From: Bdellovibrio sp.
GTDB taxonomy: Bacteria > Bdellovibrionota > Bdellovibrionia > Bdellovibrionales > Bdellovibrionaceae
DNA: 64,000 bases
Assembly: GCA_036677065.1 (NCBI GenBank)
Contig: JAKFBS010000001.1
Location: 160,001 to 224,000 of the forward strand
Reading direction: 5' to 3'
The stretch's first letter is position 1. Each line of letters starts with the position of its first letter. Shown here in pieces: positions 38,608-48,910 of the stretch. Position numbers and translations under genes: made by a program. A model generated the notes under the pieces. The model ran no database searches. It was not told the origin of the DNA and saw only the letters and a program-made list of their open reading frames with translations.

Positions 38608-39279
38608 TTAAATATAGCTTTCGCGCATTTTTGCATTTCGCGCTTTCATAATGTCTAAGACCTCTTGATCAGTAACTTGGGTAAAATCTGTATAAAACTG
38701 ACTGACCGCTAATAAAGTTGATGATTGTTGAAAACAAACAATGTCGTCAAATTCAGGCGGATGCGATTGCACTGTTGCATCTGGAGCAATCGGAACCGCT
38801 AAAATAATCTGTTGAGCACCCTTGCTTCGCACATATTGGGCCGCTACGCGTGCCGTAACTCCAGTGGCAAGGCCATCATCAACAAGGATGATCGTTTTAC
38901 CGTTAAGCGAAGGCAGTGGCCGATCATTTCGGTATTTTTTTATTCTGCGTGCAACTTCAAGAGTTTCTTTTTCCACCACTTGCTGAATTTGCATAGGCTG
39001 AATATCAGAAACGCGAATCGCACCAGGATCTGTCCAGTAATAACCTTCTTCGGTAATGGCCCCAATGCCATATTCAGGCTGATATGGGTGGCCAATTTTT
39101 CTGACCACTAAAATGTCCATGGGGATATTTAAGACATTTGCGACCTCAACGGCCACGGGCACTCCGCCACGCGGAAGCGCTAAAATCAAACTATTCATTC
39201 GATCCAGTTTTATTGCTTTTTGTAGATGAGTTGCTAGTAGCCGCCCAGCTTGTTTACGATCTTGAAATATTTTTTTCAT
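38608..39279 (-). CDS. Phosphoribosyltransferase family protein
   Basis: FQDR..AG, ALPRGGVPVA, ILVDDGLATG. Confidence 0.9.
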   Translation of the reverse strand: MKKIFQDRKQAGRLLATHLQKAIKLDRMNSLILALPRGGVPVAVEVANVLNIPMDILVVRKIGHPYQPEYGIGAITEEGYYWTDPGAIRVSDIQPMQIQQVVEKETLEVARRIKKYRNDRPLPSLNGKTIILVDDGLATGVTARVAAQYVRSKGAQQIILAVPIAPDATVQSHPPEFDDIVCFQQSSTLLAVSQFYTDFTQVTDQEVLDIMKARNAKMRESYI

Positions 39280-39311
39280 AGTTTTGGTCCAAACCAACAC
39301 CTATAAACAGC

Positions 39312-39342
39312 AAAAAAAAAGCCGAGGTTAATTGCCTCGGCT
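39312..39342 (-). terminator. Intrinsic terminator
   Basis: gccgagg-N7-cctcggc with a 9-A run (U-tract on the minus strand). Confidence 0.75.
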
Positions 39343-39370
39343 ATAAATTATTTATTTTTTAACAATGAAT

Positions 39371-39976
39371 CTATCTTGGAAATTTAGTTTCTAAATCTTT
39401 GATAAGTTGTAACCAAGTTTTTTGGTCAGCTAACAAAGTCTGAGTTTCTTCAGCCCAAGCCGGGTATTCAGCAATATCAGTTTTATAACAATTTACATCA
39501 GGAACTTCAGTGTAAAAGCTATAGTTCGTAGACCAACAAGCTGGATCCATTGTGTTATTCATAGTTTCTAAGAAATTATTGATCGCTGGTAATTTTTGCC
39601 CGCTTAAATTAGCTTTCACGTACGGCGCGATCATTTCAGGAAATCCATCAATACGCACATCGCGTTTTAACATAACTTCTGACACTTCTTCTTGGTAAAA
39701 TTCGATTAAACCGAATTTTTTAGAAATGATAGTGTATCCCTTAGCCGGATAATCTTTTTTCGGCGAACAGTAGTTCTTAATAACGATCATATCAGGGCTT
39801 GTGTAAACACAGCTCTTGATCGTTGCAAAACCATACGCCATTCCAGTTTCAGTGTATTTGAAACTTGTCGCATCGATTGTTGCCATTAAGTCTTTAACTG
39901 GTTTTGCTTCAAGCAATACCGCGTGAGCGTTGATAGATAGAAGACAGATCGTAATAAGTTGGATTAGTGTTTTCAT
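39371..39976 (-). CDS. Secreted hypothetical protein
   Basis: Signal peptide AHA-V, 201 aa. Confidence 0.7.
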   Translation of the reverse strand: MKTLIQLITICLLSINAHAVLLEAKPVKDLMATIDATSFKYTETGMAYGFATIKSCVYTSPDMIVIKNYCSPKKDYPAKGYTIISKKFGLIEFYQEEVSEVMLKRDVRIDGFPEMIAPYVKANLSGQKLPAINNFLETMNNTMDPACWSTNYSFYTEVPDVNCYKTDIAEYPAWAEETQTLLADQKTWLQLIKDLETKFPR

Positions 39977-40103
39977 ACTTAAAGCCTAGAACAGCTGTGA
40001 ATATTGGCAAGTATAAACAAATAAACAAAAGAAATAGTGCAAAAGCGGAACTAAAGTCGAGGTCTTTTGCCCCGACTTTATGAAAATTAACAGGATATAA
40101 AAT

Positions 40104-40673
40104 TTAAAAAATATAACCAGCACCAACTAAAATATTAGATGCTGATTCATAGGTGTGAGTCATAGTTTGTAAACCAACATTGAAAGCCATGTGATTAAGT
40201 TTATAAATACCATCAGCGCGAAGCCCAAAGCCGGTGTTATTTTCAACATCACGTAAATCAGTTCTTCTTTCAAAAACCATGAATGGATTAATTACGAAAT
40301 TTTTATTCATATCGTGTGGCATAATATAATACGCACCACCAAGCATAACTTGAGTCGTCTCAACACTTAATTCAGTTCCATCGGCAAAAGATTTTTTGCT
40401 GATGGGTTCTTTTTTATCGGATTCACCAGAATAACCCAAAGAAAAAGCTGTCGCTTGGCCTACGAATAAATTGGCGTTGATATTAAAGTTTCCAGTAATT
40501 AAACCGCTAATAGAAGTTGAGATGTGTCCAGCAGGTTGCATAACTTGCGAAGGAGTTACCGCCGCTAATTGAATTTTTGAAGTCTCAACAGACTGAGCTG
40601 TTGAAGCAGGTTTTTTAGCGTATGCAGAAACAGATAAAACGATTGTTGCAAAAGCAATTGCGAATACTTTCAT
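40104..40673 (-). CDS. Small outer-membrane beta-barrel protein
   Basis: Signal peptide, amphipathic strands, C-terminal GAGYIF. Confidence 0.7.
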   Translation of the reverse strand: MKVFAIAFATIVLSVSAYAKKPASTAQSVETSKIQLAAVTPSQVMQPAGHISTSISGLITGNFNINANLFVGQATAFSLGYSGESDKKEPISKKSFADGTELSVETTQVMLGGAYYIMPHDMNKNFVINPFMVFERRTDLRDVENNTGFGLRADGIYKLNHMAFNVGLQTMTHTYESASNILVGAGYIF

Positions 40674-40777
40674 GAAAAATTCCCCTCTATGGTTATTGTT
40701 AGCTGATTATAGAAAGGTAATTTGTGAATGAACAAGAAAGTATTTATTTTCAGAGATAAATGCGCAAAGATTGAGCG

Positions 40778-41515
40778 CTATTTTTTTAAAATAAGCATCA
40801 CGCCTAAGACATGACTATTCACATCAACTGAATAGGTTTTACCGGTGGTTGCTGTGTATGCGGGAGTGCTGCTCCAAGCTTGCCACTTCTGTGCAGCAAA
40901 AGCGCCGTACTGTAAATTTGAACTATGGTGATAAAGTGCTCCTAAATACGCCCAGCGTTCTTCAGTTGAGTGGGAACCATAGTTCAAAGCTAATACATGT
41001 TCTGCTTGTAGAAAAAAACTAGTGATAGGTTCATTTTCACCTAACCAAAAATAAGTTAGATTTGGTCGTAATCGTAAAGATCTATCAGAATTAAAAAAGT
41101 TATATTCGTAACGAGTTTTAAATTCGAAAGTCCAATTATCACTTAAGCTAAACTTTGGCGAGACATCTAGAATCGCTAAATCTTCGCCGCGATCATCGGT
41201 GTTCTGCCATTGCCATAAAGTGACGGGGTCTTTAAACCAGTCTTCATTATGACGAAACCCATATTGGCGTTGGTAAAATAAGCCTGCTCGTAAGTTATCA
41301 AAAAAACGGTAATAGCTGCCAAGAAAAACCGTTTTATATTCGCGCCCATCAGATTGATCGGTTAATTGGATTTCGCTGAATAAAGTAAATTGTTTTACAG
41401 GGTGTAAATAACGAAGACGAGCTTCGCCTTCGGTCGTTGTTTTAATGTCGTCAGGTACGTTGCCAACAGCAAAAACTGTGCTGCTAAAAAATAATATCAG
41501 AAAAAAATTAATCAT
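40778..41515 (-). CDS. Outer-membrane beta-barrel protein (DUF2490-like)
   Basis: Signal peptide, KTRYEY...LRLRP pattern; overlaps the FecR gene stop. Confidence 0.6.
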   Translation of the reverse strand: MINFFLILFFSSTVFAVGNVPDDIKTTTEGEARLRYLHPVKQFTLFSEIQLTDQSDGREYKTVFLGSYYRFFDNLRAGLFYQRQYGFRHNEDWFKDPVTLWQWQNTDDRGEDLAILDVSPKFSLSDNWTFEFKTRYEYNFFNSDRSLRLRPNLTYFWLGENEPITSFFLQAEHVLALNYGSHSTEERWAYLGALYHHSSNLQYGAFAAQKWQAWSSTPAYTATTGKTYSVDVNSHVLGVMLILKK

Positions 41516-42146
41516 AATCTTCTTTTAAAAGATTTTCATATTTAATTTCTACTTTGTTTTCAACATCACCCGTTGATGGATCAAGATTCCAGTTTAATTT
41601 TTTTGTCCAAGCATATTTTTTCGGAGGTGTGACATCTTGGCCTGCAGGAATAACAACCCCTTCGCCTTCGTTGACGATAACTGATTTTTTACCTTTAGTG
41701 CTGGTCACTTCGACACTGCCTTCGTTCACACACATCCAGACATCAGATTTTTTATCTTCGCTTTGGCCGTAAGAGGTAAAAAATTCTGTACCGCGAACAC
41801 CAATAACTGCAACCGGAGTATGTACTTTAAATTGTTGGTTAGTTTTTTGTTTTGAAACCTTACTAAAGAGTGAACCAGAATTTAGATGAATACTGTTATC
41901 GTTAGGAATTGATAAATCAGTTTTAAGGCCTAATTTAAAAATCGCGCCATCATCCATGGTGATAATCGCAAAAGATTTTAACCCAGTTTTAATATTATCG
42001 CCTGAACTGACAACGGTGCCCGGTAGCGCTTTGGTAGTTTTACCTTGAGAAGTAAGACTGACTTCGCCGCGCACATGATTAATTTTACCGGTTGCTGACT
42101 CGACGATCACAGGAAACAAAATGATGAAAAAAATGAATAAACGCAT
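41508..42146 (-). CDS. Secreted FecR-domain protein
   Basis: GDNIKTG, DGAIF, TPVAVIGVRGTEF and EGSVEV motifs. Confidence 0.85.
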   Translation of the reverse strand: MRLFIFFIILFPVIVESATGKINHVRGEVSLTSQGKTTKALPGTVVSSGDNIKTGLKSFAIITMDDGAIFKLGLKTDLSIPNDNSIHLNSGSLFSKVSKQKTNQQFKVHTPVAVIGVRGTEFFTSYGQSEDKKSDVWMCVNEGSVEVTSTKGKKSVIVNEGEGVVIPAGQDVTPPKKYAWTKKLNWNLDPSTGDVENKVEIKYENLLKEDYD

Positions 42147-42261
42147 AAGCTAATCACACTTGATTCACCGCCTAAATACAAGATTGTTTTTGCTTCTGGG
42201 CATTGGTCTATTTGCTGGCGCTAACTAGTTCATAGAATGTTAAAACATGGTTAAATTAGGT

Positions 42262-42675
42262 ATGCGCAACATATTCAAATTAGTTTTGATGTTTTTACTG
42301 TTTTCTCAAATTGCTCACGCCGAGAAAATAGTTTTACCCCTGGCCGACTTATCGGCTTTTGTAGCCAAGCAAGAAAAAGCAGATAGCTATGATGTTCGCA
42401 GACTTTTTATTAAAAAAGATCCAAGTTTTAAAAACGGATTAGTTATCTTGAATGTGATGTGCGGCCAAGGTCTTTGTACGAATTATATTTTTGCTAAAAA
42501 TCCTGCCGGAAATTTTGAATTTGTCGGTAACATGGATGGCCTCTTCGAAGAATCACAAGAAAATGCGGCAACACCTGATTTTCCTGATCTTTGGACGAAA
42601 ACAAAATCCGGTAACGAATCTGAATTAATCAAATGGTCTTACAATGCAAAGAATCAAGTCTATGAAGTTAAGTAA
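42262..42675 (+). CDS. Secreted hypothetical protein with CGQGLC motif
   Basis: Signal peptide AHA-E; overlaps the next gene. Confidence 0.65.
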   Translation: MRNIFKLVLMFLLFSQIAHAEKIVLPLADLSAFVAKQEKADSYDVRRLFIKKDPSFKNGLVILNVMCGQGLCTNYIFAKNPAGNFEFVGNMDGLFEESQENAATPDFPDLWTKTKSGNESELIKWSYNAKNQVYEVK

Positions 42676-43885
42676 TTTACTATGCTTTGCAATTTTAGTT
42701 TTAGCTTCACACTCGGCGTCTGCGGCTTATAAATACGATTTACGCTGCGAGAATAAAAAAATGGTTTGGATGAACACCGAAGAAAAGCCACCACCAAGTC
42801 AAGAGTGCGCAACTTTTAAAAAACTTGGTTTTGCAAAATGCTACGACACGAAAAAAGCTTCCAGTTCGTCAGAGACAATGACCATTTCAACACCGAACGA
42901 TCAGTACTATAAAAGTAAAGAATCTAATAATTACGATCGCAAAGCGATTCAAGACGTTATTCGGTCTGCAGTGATATCAGGAAATGATCCGTACTTGGCT
43001 TTGTCGTTAGTAGTGATCGAAAATCCACCCCTGGTAGACAGCTATAATGACGATCTTTATTCAATGTTTTACGGGCATATCCCTATCGATAAAGTGGGTA
43101 TAGCTGATGTTTTTAATTGTGATGCCCAACAAGTGACTTATAATTCGAAAAAAAGCGCTAAAACATATATGAATAAAGGCCAAGTTCGCGAATTTAACGT
43201 TGATCCCCGCGAGTCACAAAAAATTATTTGCTTAGATCCTGGCGTAAAAGCTGGAAGCGCTCCCTCATTTGGAATTTTCAAAACAGCGGACGATAAACAT
43301 TGCTGCGCTAAAATGCGAATTAAAATGGGTTTACAATACGTAGACGATAATGATGCAAAAAGATTAAGATCTTACTTGGCAAATCAATATATTGAAAAAC
43401 GTTTTGCTTATGGCGTGAAACGCGCAAGCCAAATGGATACACCAGCCGAAAAAATGGCGACGATCGCACAAGCTTATAACGGTTATGGAACTTTCGGCGC
43501 ATCAGAAAAAATGAAGAACAGCTGTTTAAGCAAAGTCGATATGGGAAGAACTCCGGTCTACGGCGCAGGAGTTTCAGAAACGATGTTAAATTCATTGATG
43601 AACAATTCTGAAATTAAAAAAATGATCAACGATGCCACGCGCTCAGCCGGGCAAAAGCCAAGTTCGTATTTATGTCAGGCTTACGGAGATGGAGATCATA
43701 AAATTTCTGGAAACGCTTATACGGGATTACTAAAAAGATATATTGGATCGAAAGCTCACTGCCCTCGCCTTACCTATGCGATGAAGGGTGCTGCGAGAGT
43801 TGAACAAGCATCGGCATCTGGTGGATCAGGGTCTGGAAATAAGAGCGGATCTGGGAAAGCAAAAAAATCTGGATCAGCGAATTAG
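42662..43885 (+). CDS. Secreted Cys-rich protein with possible lysozyme/SLT-like core
   Basis: Signal peptide; DPYLALSLVVIEN and AQAYNGYG resemble SLT motifs I and III. Confidence 0.55.
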   Translation: MKLSNLLCFAILVLASHSASAAYKYDLRCENKKMVWMNTEEKPPPSQECATFKKLGFAKCYDTKKASSSSETMTISTPNDQYYKSKESNNYDRKAIQDVIRSAVISGNDPYLALSLVVIENPPLVDSYNDDLYSMFYGHIPIDKVGIADVFNCDAQQVTYNSKKSAKTYMNKGQVREFNVDPRESQKIICLDPGVKAGSAPSFGIFKTADDKHCCAKMRIKMGLQYVDDNDAKRLRSYLANQYIEKRFAYGVKRASQMDTPAEKMATIAQAYNGYGTFGASEKMKNSCLSKVDMGRTPVYGAGVSETMLNSLMNNSEIKKMINDATRSAGQKPSSYLCQAYGDGDHKISGNAYTGLLKRYIGSKAHCPRLTYAMKGAARVEQASASGGSGSGNKSGSGKAKKSGSAN

Positions 43886-43926
43886 CATTTTTATGATTGT
43901 GTCAGCTGAGCGGAGCTGAAACTTAA

Positions 43927-44016
43927 TGGCGGAAAGTGAGGGATTCGAACCCTCGAGCCCCGCGAAGGGCTGCCAGTTTTCAAGACTGGTGTATTCAACC
44001 GCTCTACCAACTTTCC
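43927..44016 (-). tRNA. tRNA-Ser(TGA)
   Basis: GGAAAGT/ACTTTCC acceptor, CCAGT-CTTGAAA-ACTGG anticodon arm, long variable arm, CCA. Confidence 0.96.
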
Positions 44017-44138
44017 GTCGACTGTTTTATAAAAAATGAGCCTTCGGTTCAATGAGTTTTTCGCAAAACGGCATTTCGATGCGCCGCGCACAAAGTTGGA
44101 TTTGCTACTTAAAGCGACAGCAATGTTAGATTCAGAGT

Positions 44139-45434
44139 TTAGCGAATCTCGGTTTTGTTACCCATGTACGGGCGTAAAGCCTTCGGAATTTCGATAGAAC
44201 CGTCTTCGCGCTGATAGTTTTCCATAATCGCGATTAAAGTTCTGCCAACGGCCAATCCTGAACCATTCAACGTGTGTACAAACTGAGGTTTGCCACCATC
44301 TTTGGGTTTAAAGCGGATATTTGCACGGCGGGCCTGAAAGTCTTCAAAATTTGAGCATGAGCTGATTTCACGGTACGTGTTTTGGCCGGGTAACCAAACA
44401 TTTAAATCGTAAGTTTTAGCTGATCCAAAACCCATATCACCTGTGCATAATAAAACTTTTTGGTAAGAAAGCTCTAAACTAGTTAAAACTTTTTCAGCGT
44501 GTGACGTTAATTGTTCATGCACTTCATGAGATTTAGTCGGATGGCAGAAAGTCATTAATTCAACTTTATTGAATTGATGTTGGCGAATTAAACCTTTGGT
44601 GTCTTTGCCAGCACTACCAGCTTCAGATCTAAAACATGGAGAATACGCACAAAAAGATTGGGGTAATTGCTCTTCAGTTAAAGTTTCGTTGTTGTAGTAA
44701 TTCGTGACCGGAACTTCAGAAGTTGGAATCAAACAGTAGTCAGTGCCTTCTAGTCTAAATACATCTTCTTTAAATTTCGGAAACTGTCCTGTACCCACAA
44801 AACTATTGCTGTTGGCCATAAATGGCGGAATCATTTCAGTGTAACCATGCTGAGTAGAATGCAGATCCATCATAAATTGCATTAAAGCGCGCTCCATTTG
44901 AGCTGCTCCACCTTTTAAAAAGGTAAAACGGGCGCCAGTCACTTTGGCTGCGCGTTCGAAATCTAAAATATTTAATTTTTCACCAAGCTCGATATGTTCT
45001 TTAGCTTTAAAAGAAAATTTCTTCGCTTCGCCCACAGTAGAAACGATTTTATTATCGTGTTCAGATTTTCCAACCGGAACAGATGAATGTGGTTTATTCG
45101 GGATTGTTAATAATAAATTATAAACTTCTAAATCTTTTTCAGCGGCTTGAGTTTCAAGTTCTTTGACTCGGACTTTTAATTGATCGACTTGTGAAAGGAT
45201 GTGCGAAGCATCTTTACCCTCACGTTTTAACTGGCCGACTTCTGCGCTTAATTTATTTTGCCCGGCTTTTTCTGTTTCAGCCTGGTTGATCATTTCTTTG
45301 CGAGTGATGTTCGCTTTCATGATCTGTTCAAGAATTTCGGTCGAAGCCCCGCGATTAATTAGACCTTGCTTGTAGTCGTCGTAGTATGAAGTTCCGTTTT
45401 CAGCTTTTTTTTCTAAGAGCTTAATATCAATCAC
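44139..45434 (-). CDS. serS: Serine--tRNA ligase
   Basis: [37 protein letters not shown]. Confidence 0.97.
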   Translation of the reverse strand: MIDIKLLEKKAENGTSYYDDYKQGLINRGASTEILEQIMKANITRKEMINQAETEKAGQNKLSAEVGQLKREGKDASHILSQVDQLKVRVKELETQAAEKDLEVYNLLLTIPNKPHSSVPVGKSEHDNKIVSTVGEAKKFSFKAKEHIELGEKLNILDFERAAKVTGARFTFLKGGAAQMERALMQFMMDLHSTQHGYTEMIPPFMANSNSFVGTGQFPKFKEDVFRLEGTDYCLIPTSEVPVTNYYNNETLTEEQLPQSFCAYSPCFRSEAGSAGKDTKGLIRQHQFNKVELMTFCHPTKSHEVHEQLTSHAEKVLTSLELSYQKVLLCTGDMGFGSAKTYDLNVWLPGQNTYREISSCSNFEDFQARRANIRFKPKDGGKPQFVHTLNGSGLAVGRTLIAIMENYQREDGSIEIPKALRPYMGNKTEIR

Positions 45435-45477
45435 AAAAAATCCTAACTTATCTGTTGTTTGCGTGCTTTCAGCACGA

Positions 45478-45786
45478 CTATGGCGCCATCTTTATATACA
45501 TCGTTAAGATCTGACCGATCAAGTAACAGATAAGGTCAAAAATAAGAATGTGAATCATTGTCAGGCGGCTTAAGCCTTTATAAATTGCTGCAGTGAATAC
45601 CAAAGTCAAAAACAACAGCATAAAAGTGCCAGACTGGGTAAGTTCTTGAATAACAAGCGACACGACAAGACCGATAAAAAATCCGGAAGCTAAGCGTAAC
45701 AATGAGTGGGCTAAGCCGTGAGAGGCATTTTTAGCACCAACCTGTAGATCATTTGAAAAGCCTTTGAATTTTTCTCCGATAGTCAT
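45478..45786 (-). CDS. Small multi-pass membrane protein (hypothetical)
   Basis: Three hydrophobic segments; in an operon with the TPR gene and serS. Confidence 0.7.
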   Translation of the reverse strand: MTIGEKFKGFSNDLQVGAKNASHGLAHSLLRLASGFFIGLVVSLVIQELTQSGTFMLLFLTLVFTAAIYKGLSRLTMIHILIFDLICYLIGQILTMYIKMAP

Positions 45787-45791
45787 CTTTG

Positions 45792-48743
45792 CTATCCTCC
45801 TAATGAAGATATTTTATCTTCAATTTGTTTTCTGTCCAGCGCATTTGGTGAAAGTTCAATGTAAAGTCGAAACAATTCGCGGGCAGACTTACGATCACCC
45901 TGGGCTTCCATAATATAGGCTCTTTCGCGGTAAAGGGGCGCAAAGCCACTTTCTTTTTGCCGCGCGATCTCTAACATATCTAAAGCGATATCCGTGGCAT
46001 CACTTTTACGGTAACAATTGGCCGCTTTAACATAAAGATCTGCGGAAGTCGGGCGAAGCTTAATGCCTTGCGAATATTCAGCAGCACATTCTTTAAATTG
46101 CTCTTTAGCGTTGTAAACCGTAGCCGCTAATAAATAAGGATCAGCAATGCCAGGGTTTTTTGTTTTTTCGTCTTTAATCATTTCAAGGGCTTTATCAAAT
46201 TCACCTAATTCAAAATGACAGCGCGCCAAAAAGTAAGAAATTCTTGGGTAGCTTGGATTAACCCGTTTAACCATTTCAAACTTTTTATAAGCACTTTGAA
46301 TAACTGCATTAGCATCTTTACTGCCAGGATTTTCTAATTCTAGCTGGGCGGTAGCAAATAAGGGTTCGACATCAGATGGATCAAGCACCGCTGCATCCAT
46401 ATAATATTTCTGCGCGACTTTAATTTCGTTCATGTATTGATTGCTGCGCGCTAAGCCCATTAAAGCTTTTTTATTTTTTGGATCAGTTTCAACAATTTGG
46501 GCATAAATTTCAGAAGCTGATCTGTATTTTTCTTGCAGCTCATAAAAATCAGCTAAACCTAAGCGGTAATCAATCGTGTAAGGAAAAGTTTCAATTAATT
46601 TTTTAAAATTAGTTTCGGCCGCAATGTTGCCTTGTTTTGCATAGAGGTATTTTGAATATGTAATTTGCGCTTCTGGTTTGCCCGGCTCAAGATCCACGGC
46701 TTTGCTAGAGTATTTCTGTGCGTCTTCTAAATACTTGGCTTTGCGGTTTTCTTCTTCTTTTGTACGAGACGGCGAGTTTAAAAATAAATTGATATTTGCA
46801 TTCGCGATTAAACTTAACAGCTCGACATCGGCATCATACATTTTAATCGCTTTTTCGCCATAAGTGATAGCAGTGTTCATGCTGTTTTTACGAAACTCAA
46901 CAAGCGCCTGAGTTTTAACAACGTCAAAATTGACGCCACCGGCGCGCAGTGAATCTTGCAATGTTTTAAAAGCTTCGCCGAAAGAATATTTTTGTGACAG
47001 ATAATCTGCTTTTAGGGCATAGGCTTGTGAAAGTTTTGGATCAGCTTTGATCGCTCGATCAACCCAAGTTAAGGCTTCACGTGATTGATTGATTGCCCAT
47101 AAACTTTTTGCGGCTTTTAAAGCGGGCTCGGCATTTGTTTTATCAAATTCAAAAGCGGCTTTAAACTGGGCTTGCGCCGCTAAGTGATCACCAGATCTGG
47201 CAAACTGATCACCTAAAAAAACTAATTCGGCAGATTGATTGTTTCCACGATCTTCTCCGCCAAGTGACATGACAAGTTCTTTAATGGCGCGGTGACTCGG
47301 ACTAATCGTTAAGGCAAATTGGCCGACATCAAGGGCTTTAGAATTGTCTTTGCGAGAAATTAATAACTGAATATATTCTTGAAGCGCATCCATATGAAAA
47401 CCTTTGGGTAGTTTTCCGTCGATGGCGTAGGCCTGGCTAAAATAATTTAGAGCTTTCTCTATGCCTGAATTTTTTAATTCAACTAAACCCATGCCGTAAA
47501 GAGCCCCTTTGTATTCAGGGTAATCACGTAGAATATTTGTGTAAGAATCTTTGGCTTCATTGTATTTACCTTGTTTGTAATACGATCTGGCCAAAGCAAA
47601 CTGCGCCCACGCCCAGCCTGGAAACGATTTCACTGCTTCAACGTAATAGGCTTCAGCGCTGATATGGTTTTGCATATCTTCTAAAATTTGCCCTTTAATT
47701 AAATACAAAAATGGAAATAAAATAAAACGTTCACCGCTTTGTTGATCTAAAGTTTTTTCAATCAAGCCGCGTGCATCGCGGGGTTGGCCTTTGGCTAACA
47801 GGTAAACTGACTGGCAAGTGTCTGAATAATTTGAGATTGGATTAATCGTACGGCTCATCTGAGTCACGATTGTGATGGCCTTAAGATCATTTGAGTTTTG
47901 CTTGGTGTAAGGCCAAAGCTGTTCGTACACCACACAAAGCAGTCCTAAAAGTTCTAAATCATTGGGTGCATTTTCAGAAGCTTGCGCTAAAAATTTTTGT
48001 GAATCGCGTGTATTTTCTAACGAACCGCTTTTGATCATAGCGATCGCGCGTGTTTTTAAAATACGAACTTCATTTTCAGTTAATTTTTTTTCAGCCCCGC
48101 GAATTGGGGCAATAAGCACCCAGCCACTTGTTTTTTTCGCAGACGGCGAAAGGACAAAATACAAACCAACAATGACGGCAAGAATTAATGCAACAAACGG
48201 GTAAAACTTTTTTGATTCACGCGCCTGGATATTTTTTAACTGCTGCATTTCGATCGTTAGCTGCTCATCGCGTGCTTGTAACAGCGCATTTTGGTCAGTG
48301 CCACGGGCCGGTAATTGCGATGCCCGCGCTGATTGGCCGGCGGTAGGAATCATCGAAGAAGTGGGTTTTTTTAATTCTTCCTGAACGAGCTGTTTAATTT
48401 CATCTTTAAATTCTGGAGCAGCCTCAACATCTTCAGGCGTTTCATCTGTAGGAGCTATTACTGGTGCGGATTGAATTTGGGTTTCAGCGTCCATCTTCAG
48501 AGCTTTTTTCTCGTCTCGCTCTGTGGGATTTTCTAAAGATTCTAAAAGGGCTTCATAGAATTCGTGGACCTTTGAAAGTGGGCGCCACTCAGCACTTGGA
48601 TGTTGCGCAACTTCTTCTTGGCCACTTAAGATACCTTCAACAATCATCTTACTGATAGACTCGCTTGGAAATGGCCCTTTGATTTGGCCATTCTCCATTT
48701 TGACTCTCCACTGATCGTTAAAATTAACTCGTTTTCCCATCAT
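45792..48743 (-). CDS. Membrane-anchored TPR protein with N-terminal GYF_2-like domain
   Basis: WRVKMENGQIKGPF...WRPL N-terminus, one TM helix, many TPR repeats. Confidence 0.8.
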   Translation of the reverse strand: MMGKRVNFNDQWRVKMENGQIKGPFPSESISKMIVEGILSGQEEVAQHPSAEWRPLSKVHEFYEALLESLENPTERDEKKALKMDAETQIQSAPVIAPTDETPEDVEAAPEFKDEIKQLVQEELKKPTSSMIPTAGQSARASQLPARGTDQNALLQARDEQLTIEMQQLKNIQARESKKFYPFVALILAVIVGLYFVLSPSAKKTSGWVLIAPIRGAEKKLTENEVRILKTRAIAMIKSGSLENTRDSQKFLAQASENAPNDLELLGLLCVVYEQLWPYTKQNSNDLKAITIVTQMSRTINPISNYSDTCQSVYLLAKGQPRDARGLIEKTLDQQSGERFILFPFLYLIKGQILEDMQNHISAEAYYVEAVKSFPGWAWAQFALARSYYKQGKYNEAKDSYTNILRDYPEYKGALYGMGLVELKNSGIEKALNYFSQAYAIDGKLPKGFHMDALQEYIQLLISRKDNSKALDVGQFALTISPSHRAIKELVMSLGGEDRGNNQSAELVFLGDQFARSGDHLAAQAQFKAAFEFDKTNAEPALKAAKSLWAINQSREALTWVDRAIKADPKLSQAYALKADYLSQKYSFGEAFKTLQDSLRAGGVNFDVVKTQALVEFRKNSMNTAITYGEKAIKMYDADVELLSLIANANINLFLNSPSRTKEEENRKAKYLEDAQKYSSKAVDLEPGKPEAQITYSKYLYAKQGNIAAETNFKKLIETFPYTIDYRLGLADFYELQEKYRSASEIYAQIVETDPKNKKALMGLARSNQYMNEIKVAQKYYMDAAVLDPSDVEPLFATAQLELENPGSKDANAVIQSAYKKFEMVKRVNPSYPRISYFLARCHFELGEFDKALEMIKDEKTKNPGIADPYLLAATVYNAKEQFKECAAEYSQGIKLRPTSADLYVKAANCYRKSDATDIALDMLEIARQKESGFAPLYRERAYIMEAQGDRKSARELFRLYIELSPNALDRKQIEDKISSLGG

Positions 48744-48794
48744 ATCTATTATGAAATGGAAATGCTTGCGTGACAGCTGAATGATAAAAATTCG

Positions 48795-48852
48795 GACCCA
48801 ACTTATGACCAAAGTCCGATGTTGGAACCAGCTATCAGTTCCAACTTGGAAC
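48795..48852. promoter_or_regulatory. Three 15-bp palindromic sites, putative enhancer for the sigma54 promoter
   Basis: GACCCA-ACT-TATGAC (48795), GTCCGA-TGT-TGGAAC (48814), GTTCCA-ACT-TGGAAC (48838). Confidence 0.6.
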
Positions 48853-48910
48853 CGCTTGATTTCATTATGTAATTCAAAGCCGCTTTAGAGGCACTAGGTC
48901 GGCGAGTAAT

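Noticed and set aside
39309..39324. GG-N10-GC on the minus strand upstream of the phosphoribosyltransferase gene
   Set aside because: Fully explained by the terminator stem plus its U-tract
10553..44016. tRNA-anchored prophage or integrative island
   Set aside because: No integrase, transposase or phage gene, and no duplicated tRNA 3' end (att site) seen by eye
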